Of a stretch of DNA of 64,000 nucleotides, positions 39,415-52,292 are shown one piece after another. The stretch is from Moniliella sp. 'wahieum'. Taxonomy: Eukaryota. Below the pieces are notes generated by a model. It ran no database searches. It was not told the DNA's origin and saw nothing but the letters and a program-made list of their open reading frames with translations. How positions within the stretch are numbered: the first letter of the stretch is position 1; the number at the start of each line of letters is the position of its first letter. The stretch covers positions 1 through 64,000 of the forward strand of contig RSEE01000094.1 of NCBI GenBank assembly GCA_003971905.1. The letters run 5' to 3'. The position numbers were made by a program, and so were the translations under genes.

Positions 39415-42400
39415 TCACACCTCCAGCAGCCGCTCAATCGTGGCGATATGCTTGGGAGGATGGTCCGGTTGGAGGGGGACGCGAGCGCGGGCGCGCGGGT
39501 ACGCATGTGGATGTGCATGTGCATGTGAATGCGGATGTGCATGCGGGGCGAGGGGCAAGCCCTGTGGCTGGGGCAGCGGCGGTGCACTGCGTGGACTGGC
39601 CATGGCCGTAGAAGGGCAGGGGCAGTGGCAGGGGCAGGCGGGACCGGAGCGAGGGCTGGGCTGGCGCGCGCACTGGATCCCAGCGCGGGCGACATGGTCA
39701 AAGGAGCTGGGGACGAGAGGAGAGGAGGAGGAAGCGTGCAGGGCCGCGGCGGCGGCCTGGGCAAAACTTGCGGTCCCGCCTGGTCCGACGGGAGGCGGGC
39801 CAGGCACGCTGTGGCCCAATAGCGGCGATGGGCGTGTGGATGCCAGTTCGCGCGTCGAGGAGGCAAGGTGGGACGCAGGTGCAAGGGCAAGTGCAGGTGC
39901 AAGGGCAGGGGCAAGTGCAGGGGCAGGGGCAGGGGCACGTAGTGCCGGGCGCAACACGTGGGCCAACTGCGCCTTTTCCCCCGCGTCGACGAGGTTGAGC
40001 ACGCGCTGCAGCACATAGTTGGCGTATTGGTCGTGCAGGAGCAAGACTACCGTTGCTTGCTCGGTTGGTCCTGCCGTCTTGTCTGCCGCTAAGGGGGCCA
40101 ACAAGATTTCTAGAATCAAACGGAAGAAGGCGCCGGGCGCCACGTCGGGCCCAGCGCAGTAGGCACAGCAGAAGCGGGAGTGTGGGTCTTGGCGGTGGAG
40201 ACTACGTACTCGAGCACGTTGGACGCGAATTTGTGCCGGGCCAGACGCACAAAGCGGTCGGGTCCGCCAGTCTCATGGGACAATGGATCGGGCGACGACG
40301 CCGGGTCGAGCACCAGCCGCAGCACTGTCTCATGATCCGCCATGATGACCGCTGCTTCCTGCTTGTCCACGGCGGCACTGTCTTTCCCACGCGAAGGGAG
40401 CGAGTGAGGCGAGGTGCGTTGGAGCAGCCACTGCACCACATAGTTCCCATACGCGTCTTGCATCAACGTGAGTGCGTTCTCGCGTACTTCGTCCACCAGC
40501 GCACGTGTTGTGGCCGAGGGCAGGCGTTCGAACAGACGCTGCAGCACGCGGCATGCATAAGCGTGCGTCGCGAGCACATGAACCCGGGTCAAAACGCGCT
40601 TGTACCAACGTCGTCAAAGCTGCATCGGCCTCGGCACAAGGCGCAACCACGCCATCGGCCGAGTCCATCGACGGGGCCAAGACGGCGACAAACTTTTGCA
40701 GCACGTGGTTCGCGTTTTGGTCGGTTGCCAAGGTGCGCACATGATCTTCCGTCGTCTGGGCACCCAGAGAGGAGGCCAACAACAGGCGAACGGCCAAGGA
40801 AGCTGCCTGGGGCCGGCTTACATAGTCCAGCGCACGCTGCAGGACACGGCAGGCGTAGGTGTGCCGCGCGATGGAGGACAGATCTCCATTCGAAGGGTCC
40901 TCCTCCTCGCCCTCGGCCGGTTCCTTCTCTTTCCCTTCACTGGACGTAAGGAAGCCAAGCGCGACAAGCAAGCTCGTCCGCTGTTCCAACTCTCCGTGCT
41001 CGAGAAGCTTTTGAATTACCTACAGGCCAGAATGAAAAAAGGGTCAGTGGGAGTGGATGAATGCGGACACCAGTGTTGGGGATCGACCAAAGGGACCTAC
41101 ATAATTTCCAAACACATCATGCATCGCTTCTTGGCCTGCGGCAGCACCTCTGCCAAGATGATCGATCGCGCATCCTCGCCTTCGTCCGGTTGCGAGTGGG
41201 TTGGAAGCGCCGCGGTCCAACGCATCTTGCAGCCGGCGGGAGCCCGCTGGTCCTGAGCCATCCGTACCACCTCCCCCTTGAACTGGTCCGGGCGACGGAC
41301 TCCAGCCGCTCGGGTTGGGTGGGTGGAGGCAGTACGTGGGAGGACCATGGTGCGACGCCATGGGCCGTGGGTGCGGGTGGGCTGGAGGATAACCCGGTGG
41401 AGCGGCACCAAGAGGAACGCCACCAAAGGGCACGAGGGGGGCTGCCATCGGCGGCCAACCCGAGGGTCCGCCGGAGCGAGAGTGGCGATGCCGACGCCCC
41501 GGGGTTCCTTGGTTGTTGGCCCCTTGACCTTGGCCTTGCCTTGGCCCTGGACTTTGGCCGCCCTGCCTAGGCGCATCAATGCCCAATTGGCGGAGGCCGG
41601 GTCCCGGACAATGGGAGCCCAGGGGGGAGGCGGTGGGTGCGGGAAAGGGTGCGGGTGGTCATTGGGGAGGGATTTCGGTTGTGGCCGCCAGGGGGACCGG
41701 TGGGGACGGGCATGGGTTGTGGGGCAGCACCGGGGGCGGTGGGAGGCAGGTTGGCCATGGCAGGGCCGGGGACCAAGCGGTTGGATCGGGGTAGGTGGGC
41801 ACAGCAGGCCATGCCACGCCCACCATTGTGCTGGGGGTTGGGGAGAGTAGGGAACGGCGTCGTCACTGGTGGGGGAGCCGATAAGGGGGGAGAGAAGAGC
41901 TAGGGGCGGGGGCCAGTAGAGTTCGTTGCCTTCCGAACGAGGCGAGCGCGGCCGTGTGGGGTCGGATGGTCCAGCTGCAGCGCAGGCGGGGGCGGCGGGC
42001 TCATGGGGTACGGGTACATGTTCAATCCGTACCCCATCGGAAGCGGACGACAGGGGTGGAGAGGGTGATGCTCTGGCGCGAACGGCGGCTGGCACGGCGG
42101 GGTGTCGGCCGAACGCGCCAGGGGGTTGGGACCGCCGCGGGATGCGGAGGCAAGGCGGCGACGGGCGGAGGGGAGCTGGCGATGGAGAAGCGGGGCCCAG
42201 GATACATGTCGGCCAGCGCACCAGGGCTGAGGGGGTCGGTGTGCATCGACGCGGTGGGGGAGCGGAGCGGGGCGGATGGGGAGGGAGCGGCGGTGGGGGA
42301 GATAGCGGGCGTCCTGGGTGACGGGCGGGGGCGCGGTGGGAGTCGGTGGGAGGGGGGCGGGGGGGAAGGGTCGGGGGCAAGATTGACGTTGACGCGCAGA

Positions 42401-42573
42401 CCGAGGCCGGCTTGGGCGGGTGGAGGGAGGGGGCGCGCAGCGGCGGCTGGGCTGGTGCTGGCGCTGGCGCTGGGCCCCGGGCGGGCGGGGGTGGAGGCGC
42501 TGCGGACCATGCTGGCTGCGGACGTGGCGGGGGAGGAGACGCCGAGCTCGCGTCCACGCTGGGCAAGCGCCAT
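39415..42573 (-). CDS. PUF3: Pumilio/Puf3-family RNA-binding protein with eight PUF repeats
   Basis: Repeats DQRGSRRLQ, HDVFGNYVIQK, RHTYACRVLQR, TDQNANHVLQK, THAYACRVLQR, QDAYGNYVVQW, RHKFASNVLE, HDQYANYVLQR; start approximate. Confidence 0.88.
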
Positions 42574-43384
42574 GGGGGGGGGGGGGGAGGGGGGAGGCGG
42601 AGGAGGTGTGGTGGTGAGGAGGACAAGAGAAGGCGATGGCTGCGCTGGATGGGCGTGGCGGCGGCGTGGTGGCCGGGTGGCCTCCTGGACGGCCTGCTGA
42701 GGCAGCAGCTGGCCGCAGCACAAACCTTGAGCTAACCCCCTGCCCACCCAAGCGCCGCTTGCAATGTTGCAACTCGCCTGCCCCCTCTCTCCCCTGCTGT
42801 CTCTTCAGATCTAACCAGCACCTGTCTTCGCTTTGGTTGCTGCCTCCGCAACCCTGGGGCAGCTGCCTCTCTCCCGCGCTACATCCGCACCAAGAGGACG
42901 CCGGAAGACCCCTGGTTGTGACAACTATCAGCCATCCGGCACAGGGCAGATCCTGTGATCTAGCACCAGAACCGCTTCTACTGCCCTCAGTGAGGCACCA
43001 TCCAGATCTTGCGTGGAAGTGGGAATGGTAACGAATGCAGGAAGGACGGTGCAGCAGGGCCGCGGATGGGGTAGATTGGATGGAGAACGCCGCGTGGCCA
43101 ATATCGTCCGTCCGATCCAAGATGCGAATGGCGAGGTAGACAGACAATGAATGGCCACGCCTTCGTTCAAACATGGCTTGCAATTGGGTTCCTTATAGAT
43201 CTCGCTATTCAATCCCCGCGTCTCCCGGCGGAATGCGGGCGCGGCGAGGTGAATTCCGCCCAGGCGCCCAGCCGACGGCAGGGGCAGGCAGCGGCTGACG
43301 TAATGCGCCGCTGGCCCGGACGCGTCGTCAGCGGGAGGCCGACCGACGGCGGCCGGCTGCCTCCCGCCTCCCACCGCGAGCAGG

Positions 43385-44749
43385 ATGGAAGAGCTTGGGA
43401 TCGAGACCACCACGCTCCAGGCCGTCGAGCCTACCCTGACCGATGCGCTCGCCGAGAAGCAGGCGTGCACCACGAGATGGCCCAGGAGGAAGACACCTTT
43501 TTGCGCTACAAGAAGCTGCAGCGCCACCTCGACTTTCTCAGCACCATGGAAGACTGTGTTGTACGTCGTCGCTTGTCCCCCTCCCCATCCCATCCCATCC
43601 CTTCCCATCCCTTCCCATCCCATCTGGTCCGGTCTAGCCACTAACCCTTTCCCCGTCTGTCGTGCATTGCAGAAAGACGAGCAGCGCAACTTGAAGCGCG
43701 AGCTGATTCGGGCGCAGGAGGAGGTGAAGCGGATCCAGAGTGTGCCCTTGGTCATTGGTCAATTCCTCGAGGCCATCGACGAAAACACTGGCATTGTCGG
43801 CAGCACCACTGGATCCAACTATGTCGTGCGCATTCTTTCCACCATTGACCGCGAGCTGCTCAAGCCGTCGTCGAGCGTAGCGCTGCACCGGCACAGCAAC
43901 TCGCTGGTGGACGTGTTGCCGCCCGAAGCGGATTCGTCGATTGCCATGCTGGGCGAGCACGACAAGCCCACAGAGACGTACAACGATGTGGGTGGGCTGG
44001 ACGTGCAGAAGCAAGAGATTCGGGAAGCGGTCGAATTGCCGCTGACCGAGTTTGACCTGTACAAGCGCATTGGCATTGATCCTCCACGTGGTGTGCTGCT
44101 CTACGGCCCGCCCGGGACAGGCAAGACCATGTTGGTGCGGGCCGTGGCCAATGCGACGACCGCTTCCTTCATCCGTGTCAACGGGTCGGAGTTTGTGCAA
44201 AAGTACCTAGGTGAAGGCCCGCGGATGGTGCGCGACGTGTTCCGTTTGGCAAGGGAGAATGCACCGGCCATCATCTTTATCGATGAGATTGATGCGATTG
44301 CGACCAAGCGATTTGATGCCCAGACGGGTGCGGACCGGGAAGTGCAGCGGATCTTGCTCGAGCTACTGAACCAGATGGATGGGTTTGACCAAGATGCCAA
44401 TGTCAAGGTCATCATGGCCACGAACCGTGCCGACACGCTGGACCCGGCCCTGCTCCGTCCCGGTCGACTGGATCGGAAAATCGAGTTCCCCAACCCATCG
44501 CGTCGGGAGCGGCGACTGATTTTCCAAACCATCACGGGCAAGATGAACTTGGCGCCAGATGTGGACTTGGAGGACTTTGTCGGTCGCCCCGATCGCATCT
44601 CGGCCGCCGACATTGCTTCGATCTGCCAAGCGGCTGGGCTGCAAGCCGTGCGCAAGAACCGCTATGTCATCCTCCCCGCCGACTTTGAAGAAGCGTGGAA
44701 GCAGACGGTCAAGAAGGCGGATGCTGGGCGGCTGGACTTCTACCAGTAG
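43385..44749 (+). CDS. RPT3: 26S proteasome AAA-ATPase Rpt3 (subunit 6B)
   Basis: [54 protein letters not shown]; intron ~43561-43671; N-terminal frameshift. Confidence 0.97.
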   Translation: MEELGIETTTLQAVEPTLTDALAEKQACTTRWPRRKTPFCATRSCSATSTFSAPWKTVLYVVACPPPHPIPSLPIPSHPIWSGLATNPFPVCRALQKDEQRNLKRELIRAQEEVKRIQSVPLVIGQFLEAIDENTGIVGSTTGSNYVVRILSTIDRELLKPSSSVALHRHSNSLVDVLPPEADSSIAMLGEHDKPTETYNDVGGLDVQKQEIREAVELPLTEFDLYKRIGIDPPRGVLLYGPPGTGKTMLVRAVANATTASFIRVNGSEFVQKYLGEGPRMVRDVFRLARENAPAIIFIDEIDAIATKRFDAQTGADREVQRILLELLNQMDGFDQDANVKVIMATNRADTLDPALLRPGRLDRKIEFPNPSRRERRLIFQTITGKMNLAPDVDLEDFVGRPDRISAADIASICQAAGLQAVRKNRYVILPADFEEAWKQTVKKADAGRLDFYQ

Positions 44750-44976
44750 CTAGTCCGAGCCTGCTTGGTTTCCTCCTGGGTGCTGCTGCTTGCTTTCAAC
44801 GTCAATGTATTCATCCCACATTCCCCGCTTGCTTTGCTTTGCTATGACCAGGATCGACAAGGGCAGGGGGTACTATTTATCTAGGCTAGATTGTTGGATG
44901 TGCAATAATGGCATGGGAGGCTTGTGCATGCGAGCAGCCAGAGGCAAGTGGACAAGAGGACAAGGACAGGGGGTCG

Positions 44977-45597
44977 TTACAGATACCTCCGTGCGCTGGC
45001 ACGAACGCGCGAATCAAACGAGGCGGACAAGACGGGTGAGGTGGGCTCGCGGAGCGGGTTGAGGTTCAATTTGACCCACAGTTCCCACACGTCGAGAAAG
45101 AAATTGCGAATACCATCGTCATGCTTGTGCTCGTGCAAGATGAGGAAGCGCGTGCCGCCCGGGACGACAAAGGCGCTGGTGGACCATTCGTTGATCCGAT
45201 CCACCCCACGCAGGTAGAGCGCGCCGTCGTACAGCGCCACATCCTCCACCGCATCAAGACTGCTGTGCGCAATCATCTGCAACACATCCTTATCGTTGTA
45301 CCGTCCAAAACTCAATCCGGCGCGCGTTCGCCCACCAGGACTGGCGCCGGCCGTCAAAGCCGTCACGCCGCCGGGCAACGATCCCAGTGGCTGGCCAAAC
45401 CCAAACGGGCCCGCCTTCTCCTTCTCTGCCGACACGCCCACCTTCAACTTGGGATCGGCTCGGTTGGTGCTCGTGCTGGGGGTGGGGCTGGTGGCCAGGA
45501 GCGACGATGGGCCGACCGAGCCGCCTGAGCGCGCAGCCAGGTCGGCCTCGTACAGCGGGTCGTCACGCGGACCGACAATGACAAAGTAGTAGCTCAT
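44977..45597 (-). CDS. TRS20: TRAPP subunit Trs20 (sedlin)
   Basis: MSYYFVIVGPRDDPLYEA, LQMIAHSSLDAVED, HDDGIRNFFLDVWELWVK, FDSRVRASARRYL. Confidence 0.95.
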   Translation of the reverse strand: MSYYFVIVGPRDDPLYEADLAARSGGSVGPSSLLATSPTPSTSTNRADPKLKVGVSAEKEKAGPFGFGQPLGSLPGGVTALTAGASPGGRTRAGLSFGRYNDKDVLQMIAHSSLDAVEDVALYDGALYLRGVDRINEWSTSAFVVPGGTRFLILHEHKHDDGIRNFFLDVWELWVKLNLNPLREPTSPVLSASFDSRVRASARRYL

Positions 45598-45659
45598 CGG
45601 AGGGCGGGGATGGCGACGCTGCTATTGATGGCGGTTGCGGCGGCTGTTGTGGTGTGGTT

Positions 45660-45719
45660 GTTATCGCCGTTGCGGTTGCGGTTGTCGTCGTCGTTGTCGT
45701 TGTCGTTGTCGTCGTCGTC
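45660..45719. repeat. (GTT/GTC)n trinucleotide microsatellite upstream of TRS20
   Basis: Direct inspection. Confidence 0.85.
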
Positions 45720-46159
45720 AGCGCGGGGCGGGGCGGGGCAGGGCACCGTCGAGCTTCAAGCTTGAAGGCAGGGGCGCCCCGTCCCGCATCATCCATCACA
45801 GTGGCCCTCACGCATCATCCCTCACCCAAGCTGAGGCGGGCGGAACGGACGGGGGTTCCGCCCTGGCGCACCACGGGGAAGCCGAGCAGCGGCGGAGGGA
45901 GTGGGGGACGTGTCACGTGACGCGCGTGATCAGACAACATGATGCGCAACGTGATGGGTGGCGGGCGAAGAAAGCGGGCTGCCGACCCCGCCGCCTTCAT
46001 TGAGGTACTGTCGGTCCGACCACCTTCGTTCGTTTGGGACCGTTCGCCGGCGCAACTACATGAGGGCACGACGATCTCCTGACTTCTACACGGCCAGTTG
46101 TTTGGTATGGGTAGGCAGGCATGAATATGAATATGAATATGAACATCGACTGAGATCAG

Positions 46160-47500
46160 TCAGTGTGCTGCCATTTTGGTTCCCGTTGTCTCCTCTTGTT
46201 CCCGACTTTGGATTTCCCGAGCGAGTTGGACCAAGTCTTCGCCGGTAGCCATCGAGGGATCCACAACGTCGCGCGGGACCATGTTGGCCGCGTATTTGGG
46301 CGCCGCTCCGCCCGCCGCTTGTTGTTCTGCAAAGGAGCGGATCAGACGCAGCATCGGCCGGCGCTCCTCCTGCTCTTCCTCATCATCCTGGACCTGGTCC
46401 TGGCCTGGTCCTGGCTCGCGTCGGGATCGGGGAACGGAGAATTGGGGGTGTGGCTGTGGCTGTGTCTGGGAGCAATGGACGCCTCGGTGTCGACCGATAG
46501 GCTAGCCGTGTCGACCGATAGGCTAGCCGTCTCGCCCACGGCTCTGTAGCGGAAGTAGCTTGGAAAACGGAGGGCTTCCAACTCGTCCCAATCAAACAAG
46601 AGCGCATCGGTGCGGGGCAGGTAGGGATTGAGATCAACAAGAAAGACCGAGGCCATGTTACGGGTCACATACACATCCGCTGCATAGTCAGCAATGGGCG
46701 CGCCCATTGTCGTCGCACCAGCGGGCCCGGAGGCGTCGACGGGGACAGGACGGCGCTTGAGATGGGTCTTCCAAAATGAGAGAGGAGATTGATAAATTCA
46801 TCTTGCCTCGGTTGAGGCTGGAGGTGTTCGTAGTACACCGTATCCCGCTGGCAAATGGCAACCAACTGGTTGGCCCGGACAAAGAGGCGGAATTCATGGG
46901 AAGGGGGCATGCTGAACCACTTTTTGAGCGTCAGCCATAACGTTGGACGAGTCGGGGTTCCATTTTGCGACTGTACAGCGCCATCTGCCTCGGCAGGGGC
47001 CGGGAAGGAGGCAAGCTCTTGCGCTTGTTGAATGTCGTTCGTGATAAAGTCACTTGACTTGAGCAGGAGGTATACATCTGAGGGTGACATGCACTGGAGG
47101 TCGTTCCCGGGTAGCATCCACCCAGCATCCTGAGGGGCACTCCAGTTGAGTTTCGGAAAACACGGCCATCGTACTTGTCGAGGACAGAGCGGATGTGGCG
47201 ATTGAGAGGACCAAAATCATAGTGGCGCACGCCAGAGTCGTCCGAGTCGGAGGACGTGGGATCGAGGCCAAGGGTCGTCCCAATCTCTTGAAGGGCGGCA
47301 GTCCCATTCACACCCTCCGCACCTGGGGGGATGTGCAGGCCATCCTCCTCGAACCAATCGAGAAAGTCAGGTTGGAGGGCAGAGAGGTTGACAACAGTAG
47401 CTTTGGGGGAGATGCGCTTGAAGAGGGGGAACCAGTTGTGGAACTCGGTCTGCTCTAGTGCGGTTCGCACAGGAGTGAGAGGGACGGGCGAGGTAAGCAT
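46160..47500 (-). CDS. CDC123: Cdc123 (D123) eIF2 assembly protein, frameshifted; end approximate
   Basis: FHNWFPLFKRISPKA, CMSPSDVYLLLKSSDFI, LKKWFSMPPSHEFRLFVR..AICQRD, LVDLNPYLPRTDALLFDWDEL. Confidence 0.9.
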
Positions 47501-47736
47501 AGCGATGGTGATCCGGTGATGGTGGTGGCGATGGCAATAGCAATGGCCATGACGGTGGAGGTGGCGGCGGCCTTAGCAATTAAAAGCATGCACCTTCCCG
47601 ATGCGGGCAACGGCGTTTGCTAAGGGCTCGGTTCAATCTTTCGGGGGGCACCCGGCTGTCTTCGGCTGGATTCCAGTGATAGTGGCAGATTTAATTAGTC
47701 CAGCCCGAGTGGGCTGCCACCACCTTCCTCAGCTTG

Positions 47737-48422
47737 ATGATGCAGCTCCCAGTCGATCCTCACGACGACGCTGAGCTGTGCATGGCCATCCGGGGTCCCG
47801 GCGCGCCTGACAGCTAGCTGGCACGCGCATGGGCTGCCTCTCCAGCGCCGATGTGTTCTGTGCGCACGGCATCCTTCTGCCCCCAAAGCCGCCTCACATG
47901 CACTCCCCCTGGCTCGAGCCCATGCCAACCAGCGCGCAGCGCACCGACCAGCTTCGAGCGCGTTCGCCGGACCAGGTCACCGGCGCGCTGGACGAGGGTG
48001 TGCTTTCTTGTGCGCGTCGCTCGATCAGTCCGCTGGGTAGCGATGAGAAGGAAGACCTGGACGCGATCGGTAACAAGGCGGGACGGCTGAGCGATCCCGG
48101 TTTTCGGCATTCTCAGGGCCCATCCCACAGCCATTAAGGCCTGCCCGGATCATAAGCATGCCCCCCTTGCTCATCTACATCGAGGGGCAGGTGCGCGGCC
48201 GAATCGTCCGACCTGACGCGCCCAGAAGTTGGTTTGGTGGGCATGACAACCCAGGGAGCGGATAAGGAGCTCTTGCTGGCTGTCACGGGCGCTGTCGTCC
48301 CTACGGATGCCGATCCTCTCTCCGCCGCGAACGAAAGTAGAGAAGAGGAGTATGTCCAAGCCACCCCCTAAAACAGCATCCGCCAAAGCACCCTTGGTGC
48401 CAATAACGATGATCTCGGCTGA
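47737..48422 (+). pseudogene. PLP2: Decayed, internally deleted copy of phosducin-like Plp2 (PDCL3/VIAF type) retaining an intron
   Basis: MQLPVDPHDDAEL, GT..AG intron 47778-47845, ADVFCAHGILLPPKPP; later AIKACPDHK..PLLIYIEGQVRGRIV, GMTTQGADKELLLAVTGAV, NSIRQS..NNDDLG*; central thioredoxin segment absent. Confidence 0.75.
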
Positions 48423-48732
48423 GACTATACACCTACGCGCCAAGCGCCTATACCTACGTCGACAATCACCTATGCTCTGCATTTCTGTTATGGAAACGAC
48501 CGTTTGCGGCCAGATACGGGGAGATCCCAGCTCGCACACACGTAGTAGGAAAACATGCCAGCCCATCTATCAAGACACCCCCCACAGAACGACCACAGAC
48601 ACACTCGGCGTCACATACGAAACAGAACCGACGCGCAAGGAATTGCCCATGTCCCGCGGGGGGCGAGCACCGTGCACCGTGCACCGTGCAGGATAGAAAA
48701 CAAACAGACAAGAGTATAGTAGGCACCCTGAA

Positions 48733-51263
48733 TCAATTGGCCTCAACCGCAGCTGGAAGGATGCGGTGCAGTATGTCGATGCGGGCGGCGATGGAGGTCA
48801 ACGTCTCGAGCGCTTCGGCGGCGTGGGCGGCGGGGTGACGGTATGGCGCAGTGCATGGGGGCTGAGGTGCTTGATCTCGTCAGCCAAGGCCGAGTAGACG
48901 TTGCGTTGGTGGAAATAGGCGTCGACCCAGTGGGCAGTGAGGGTATGCAACCGTGCTTGGTCCTCGGGCTGCAAGTGGGCTACAAAGGCCAGGACGGGGT
49001 CCATGTCCATGCCCGTGTCCATGTCCATATCCGTGCCCGTGTCCGTGTCGTTCTCAGCCAACAGGGCATCAATCTGGTCCACAAGCGCATCCAGCGCCTT
49101 GGCTTCCGCCTCGACTTGACGCGCTTCTGCCTCGGCCGCTTCCGCACGCGCCTTGCGTTTACGTTCGGCACGGCGAGCGCGAGTGCAGGTGGCACACTTT
49201 TTCGGGTCGTGCGAGTGGTCAATGGCGTGGTCGTCAGCGGCGTGGGCAGGGGACGCAGCGGACCGGACATCGACCCCACTCGTATCCATTGACCGACTCA
49301 ACTCGAGCTGGGAGGGCACTGGGGTGCTCACTTCGTCGCTAGCGACCGACCCTCCGGCCCAATGGTTCGAGGTCAGACTCGAAGAAGCAGGGGGGTAGAG
49401 ACGCGATCATCAAGTGCCAAGAAGGGAGGGGCCGGAGCTTGGGCTTGTCCTGCCAATAGGCCAACCCGTCTGGATGCCGCTACCGGGGGAGACGAGAGAC
49501 GGCAGGGCGCGGAGGGGGAAGGTGCTAGGGCCGTAGGACGAGCGGGGGAAGAAGCTGCGTGTCTGGAGGTGATGTAGGTGTCTGGCGAGGCAGGCCGAGT
49601 GTTGGTCTCGATGCAGTGTCCAACGAGGGAAGGCGACGTGGGACTGGCGTTGACACGCCCCAATCCCACTAGAGTCGTGGGAAAATTCCTTTGAGCCTTG
49701 AGCTCGGCCACATCGTCTTGCAGCTGACGAACCGCAATACGAAGCCTGGCCACCTCGGCCGTCAAGTCGGCTTCGCGTAGTCGCTCCTCAGGTGTAAACT
49801 CAGAAGGTGATTGCGGTGCGGTGCCGGTCGACATGGCCCGCATAAGGTTTGGGCGGGCGCAGCGTGAGCTAAGAGGCGAGGGGACGACGAACGAGGGCGA
49901 TGGGAGCGGTGACATTAGGGAAGTTGACGGCTCTGTTCTCACAGCAGAACGAATGGGGGGGTGAAGCTGTTGGTGTAACAGACTGGACACGTGCCCCCTC
50001 ATCGCATCCACCGTAGCAATGATCTCTCTTTTCCGCCAGGGCACAGGGGTGCCGTTCGCGTGCGGGGGGGGAGAAGAAGGTGGCAGGGCGTGGGGACCAC
50101 CGGTTGCGAGACCGGCGGGAAGAGAGGTGCTGAGAGGCAGTTGGGCCCTATGGTCCCGGAGCCATTCGTCACGCGGACATGAAAGAGAGGGAGGCATGGC
50201 AATAAGCGGATGGGTCAAGGTCGGACCCTGATCCTGACCTTGGGTCTGGGTCTCACTTTGAGCTTGGTCCCCAGCCTGAGCCGCATGTTTGTCACGCAAG
50301 CCAGCGGCGGCAGACTGAAGAGCATTGATCGGAGCGGCCGCTTGAGCATCACGATGACGCACCTCGGAGGGGTCGTGGAGCAGATCAGAGTGAAGCTGGT
50401 CCAGCTTGGCTTGAATTTCGTGCAACTGATCGGCACGGAACGAGTCGTGTCCTTGTGGTCGGGACGTAAGCGGGACGTGCTGGACATAGAGTTCGTTATC
50501 AGGACTGTCCAATGCGTCCGACACGCCAGTGACATTGGGAAGATGAAGACCTTGGAGCGGGATGCCAGCACCAGCGTTGGCACCCGAAGGCAGAATCAAG
50601 TGTTCTGGGGAAGTGCGTCCACCGTCCCATTCGACCGGCTTGGTCGATGCGTTAGAGGCCGGCGGCACGTGCACGCGAAACGGTGTGGTTAAAAGGACGG
50701 GCACGGCCGCGGAAACGAAACCGAGCGGCGGCAGCGTCCACCTGAGAGTTCTGGAGACGCACAGGACCAGGGGAAGAAACATAAGGAGAGTCAGAATGGG
50801 TACTATACAGAGGGAAAGTAGCCCACTTGAGAGGAGCGACAACGGACTTCTTTTTCAACCATCCGCAAGCGATCGAAGCTGTTGATGTGGTCGCCGTGGG
50901 GCGCAGGACGTGTGACCGTGCGCGACAAAGTTGCAGAAGGGCTGCGGGAAGCGGCATGGAAGGCCGAGGAGCGGGGTTCGCGCAATGCTTCTGCCCATAC
51001 TCCGTTGTCTGCGGGCGGGTCCGAGTGGGAGAGATGGGTAGAAGTGGAGGTTGGACGGAGCCGGTGGGCAGAGCGGCGGAGGTTGGGAGGGGGGAGGGGT
51101 ACGGGGTGGAGGAGGCGAGTAGGGGCAGGCGGGAGAGCGGGTAGCGGCCGCGGGGACCGCGCCGACGGGGGGCGGGGCCCTGCGTCTTCGCTGGCTGATG
51201 GAGCGTTGGCGAGGCAGGCGGACATGAGCGGAGAGCGCGGGCGGAGAGGCTCTGGTCTTCCAT
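48733..51263 (-). CDS. Ppc89/Cep57-like spindle pole body protein (frameshifted; start approximate)
   Basis: Coiled coil AEVARLRIAVRQLQDDVAELK, HDPKKCATC motif, C-terminal DAYFHQRNVYSALADEIKHL..AAHAAEALETLTSIAARIDILHRIL resembling Cep57_MT_bd. Confidence 0.65.
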
Positions 51264-52292
51264 GGCAACTCTACACTCCAACAGCAGCAGGTGGTGTTGT
51301 TCAACCGCCATCATCCACTGCTTTTGGGAGGCAACATCCCATACCTCTATAGTTGAGTAGTATCCACCTCTTATAGTTGCCGCAGGCGAGACGCACGCCC
51401 AACAGCCCGTCAAAAAACTAAGGGATATATATAACAGAGCCTTAAGCGACCACATCTACTACGCTTCCTCGCTTGTGCCCCACAACGGCCTGCTGTGACA
51501 TGTGGCACGTGTGATACATGATGGTTGCGCATCGATCGTTGCCCGGGCAGTTCGTTATACCGTGGGTCATATAAGGCCCGATCCTTCCCATAGCCTCCTG
51601 TACCTCTCCTCAGAACCACATCCTCCATTCTCCTCTCCTCCTTGAGCAAACTAACATCTTGCTCGCCGTCGTAGTGTGGCATAGTATCCTCGCGTCGTCT
51701 CATACCCAGAGGGAAGAACTAATGTTCATTATAACCTTAAGGTAGTACTTGGCGTTATTGTCGGCACATTCTGCTTTTGTTCCAACAGCAATCGAAGCAG
51801 CCCCTGTCTGAGTTCTTCCGGCGGTCCCAAGGCGCTTTTGCGGGGCTCTGTGCACCACCCTCCGGTACGCAGACACGCAGTAATGAAACAGCCAGGAGCA
51901 CGTGCAGCGCCGCCAGGCCCGCTAATAGGGTAACGCTTTCATCTTTAATTTTTAGGTGATACAGGAAGGTGATGGAACGGTGGGCCGATGGTTACCCGGT
52001 TACGCGTTACGGTCGCTCAGCACGGCCAGTAAACATGGGAATTGTAGACGATGGCACGGTGGCCCGCTAGTGATATTACAGACTTTGAACATTCAATGAA
52101 GGGGAACCAAAGGTAATAATAAGGAAAAACGAAAGAAAGGCAGGGAAAACGAAAGTGAGGCGGGGCGAAGCTTCTTCGAAGGTGCACACAGGGGGGACAG
52201 GGAGGGGAAAACAGGGCGGAACCACATCATGGAGGAGAGGTGAAAGGGATCATTCGATCATCCTCCGTGGACCGGATCCACATCCGACTCGT

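Noticed and set aside
46487..46530. 21-bp tandem duplication inside the CDC123 C-terminus
   Set aside because: In-frame repeat in a low-complexity tail; ordinary slippage or an assembly artefact
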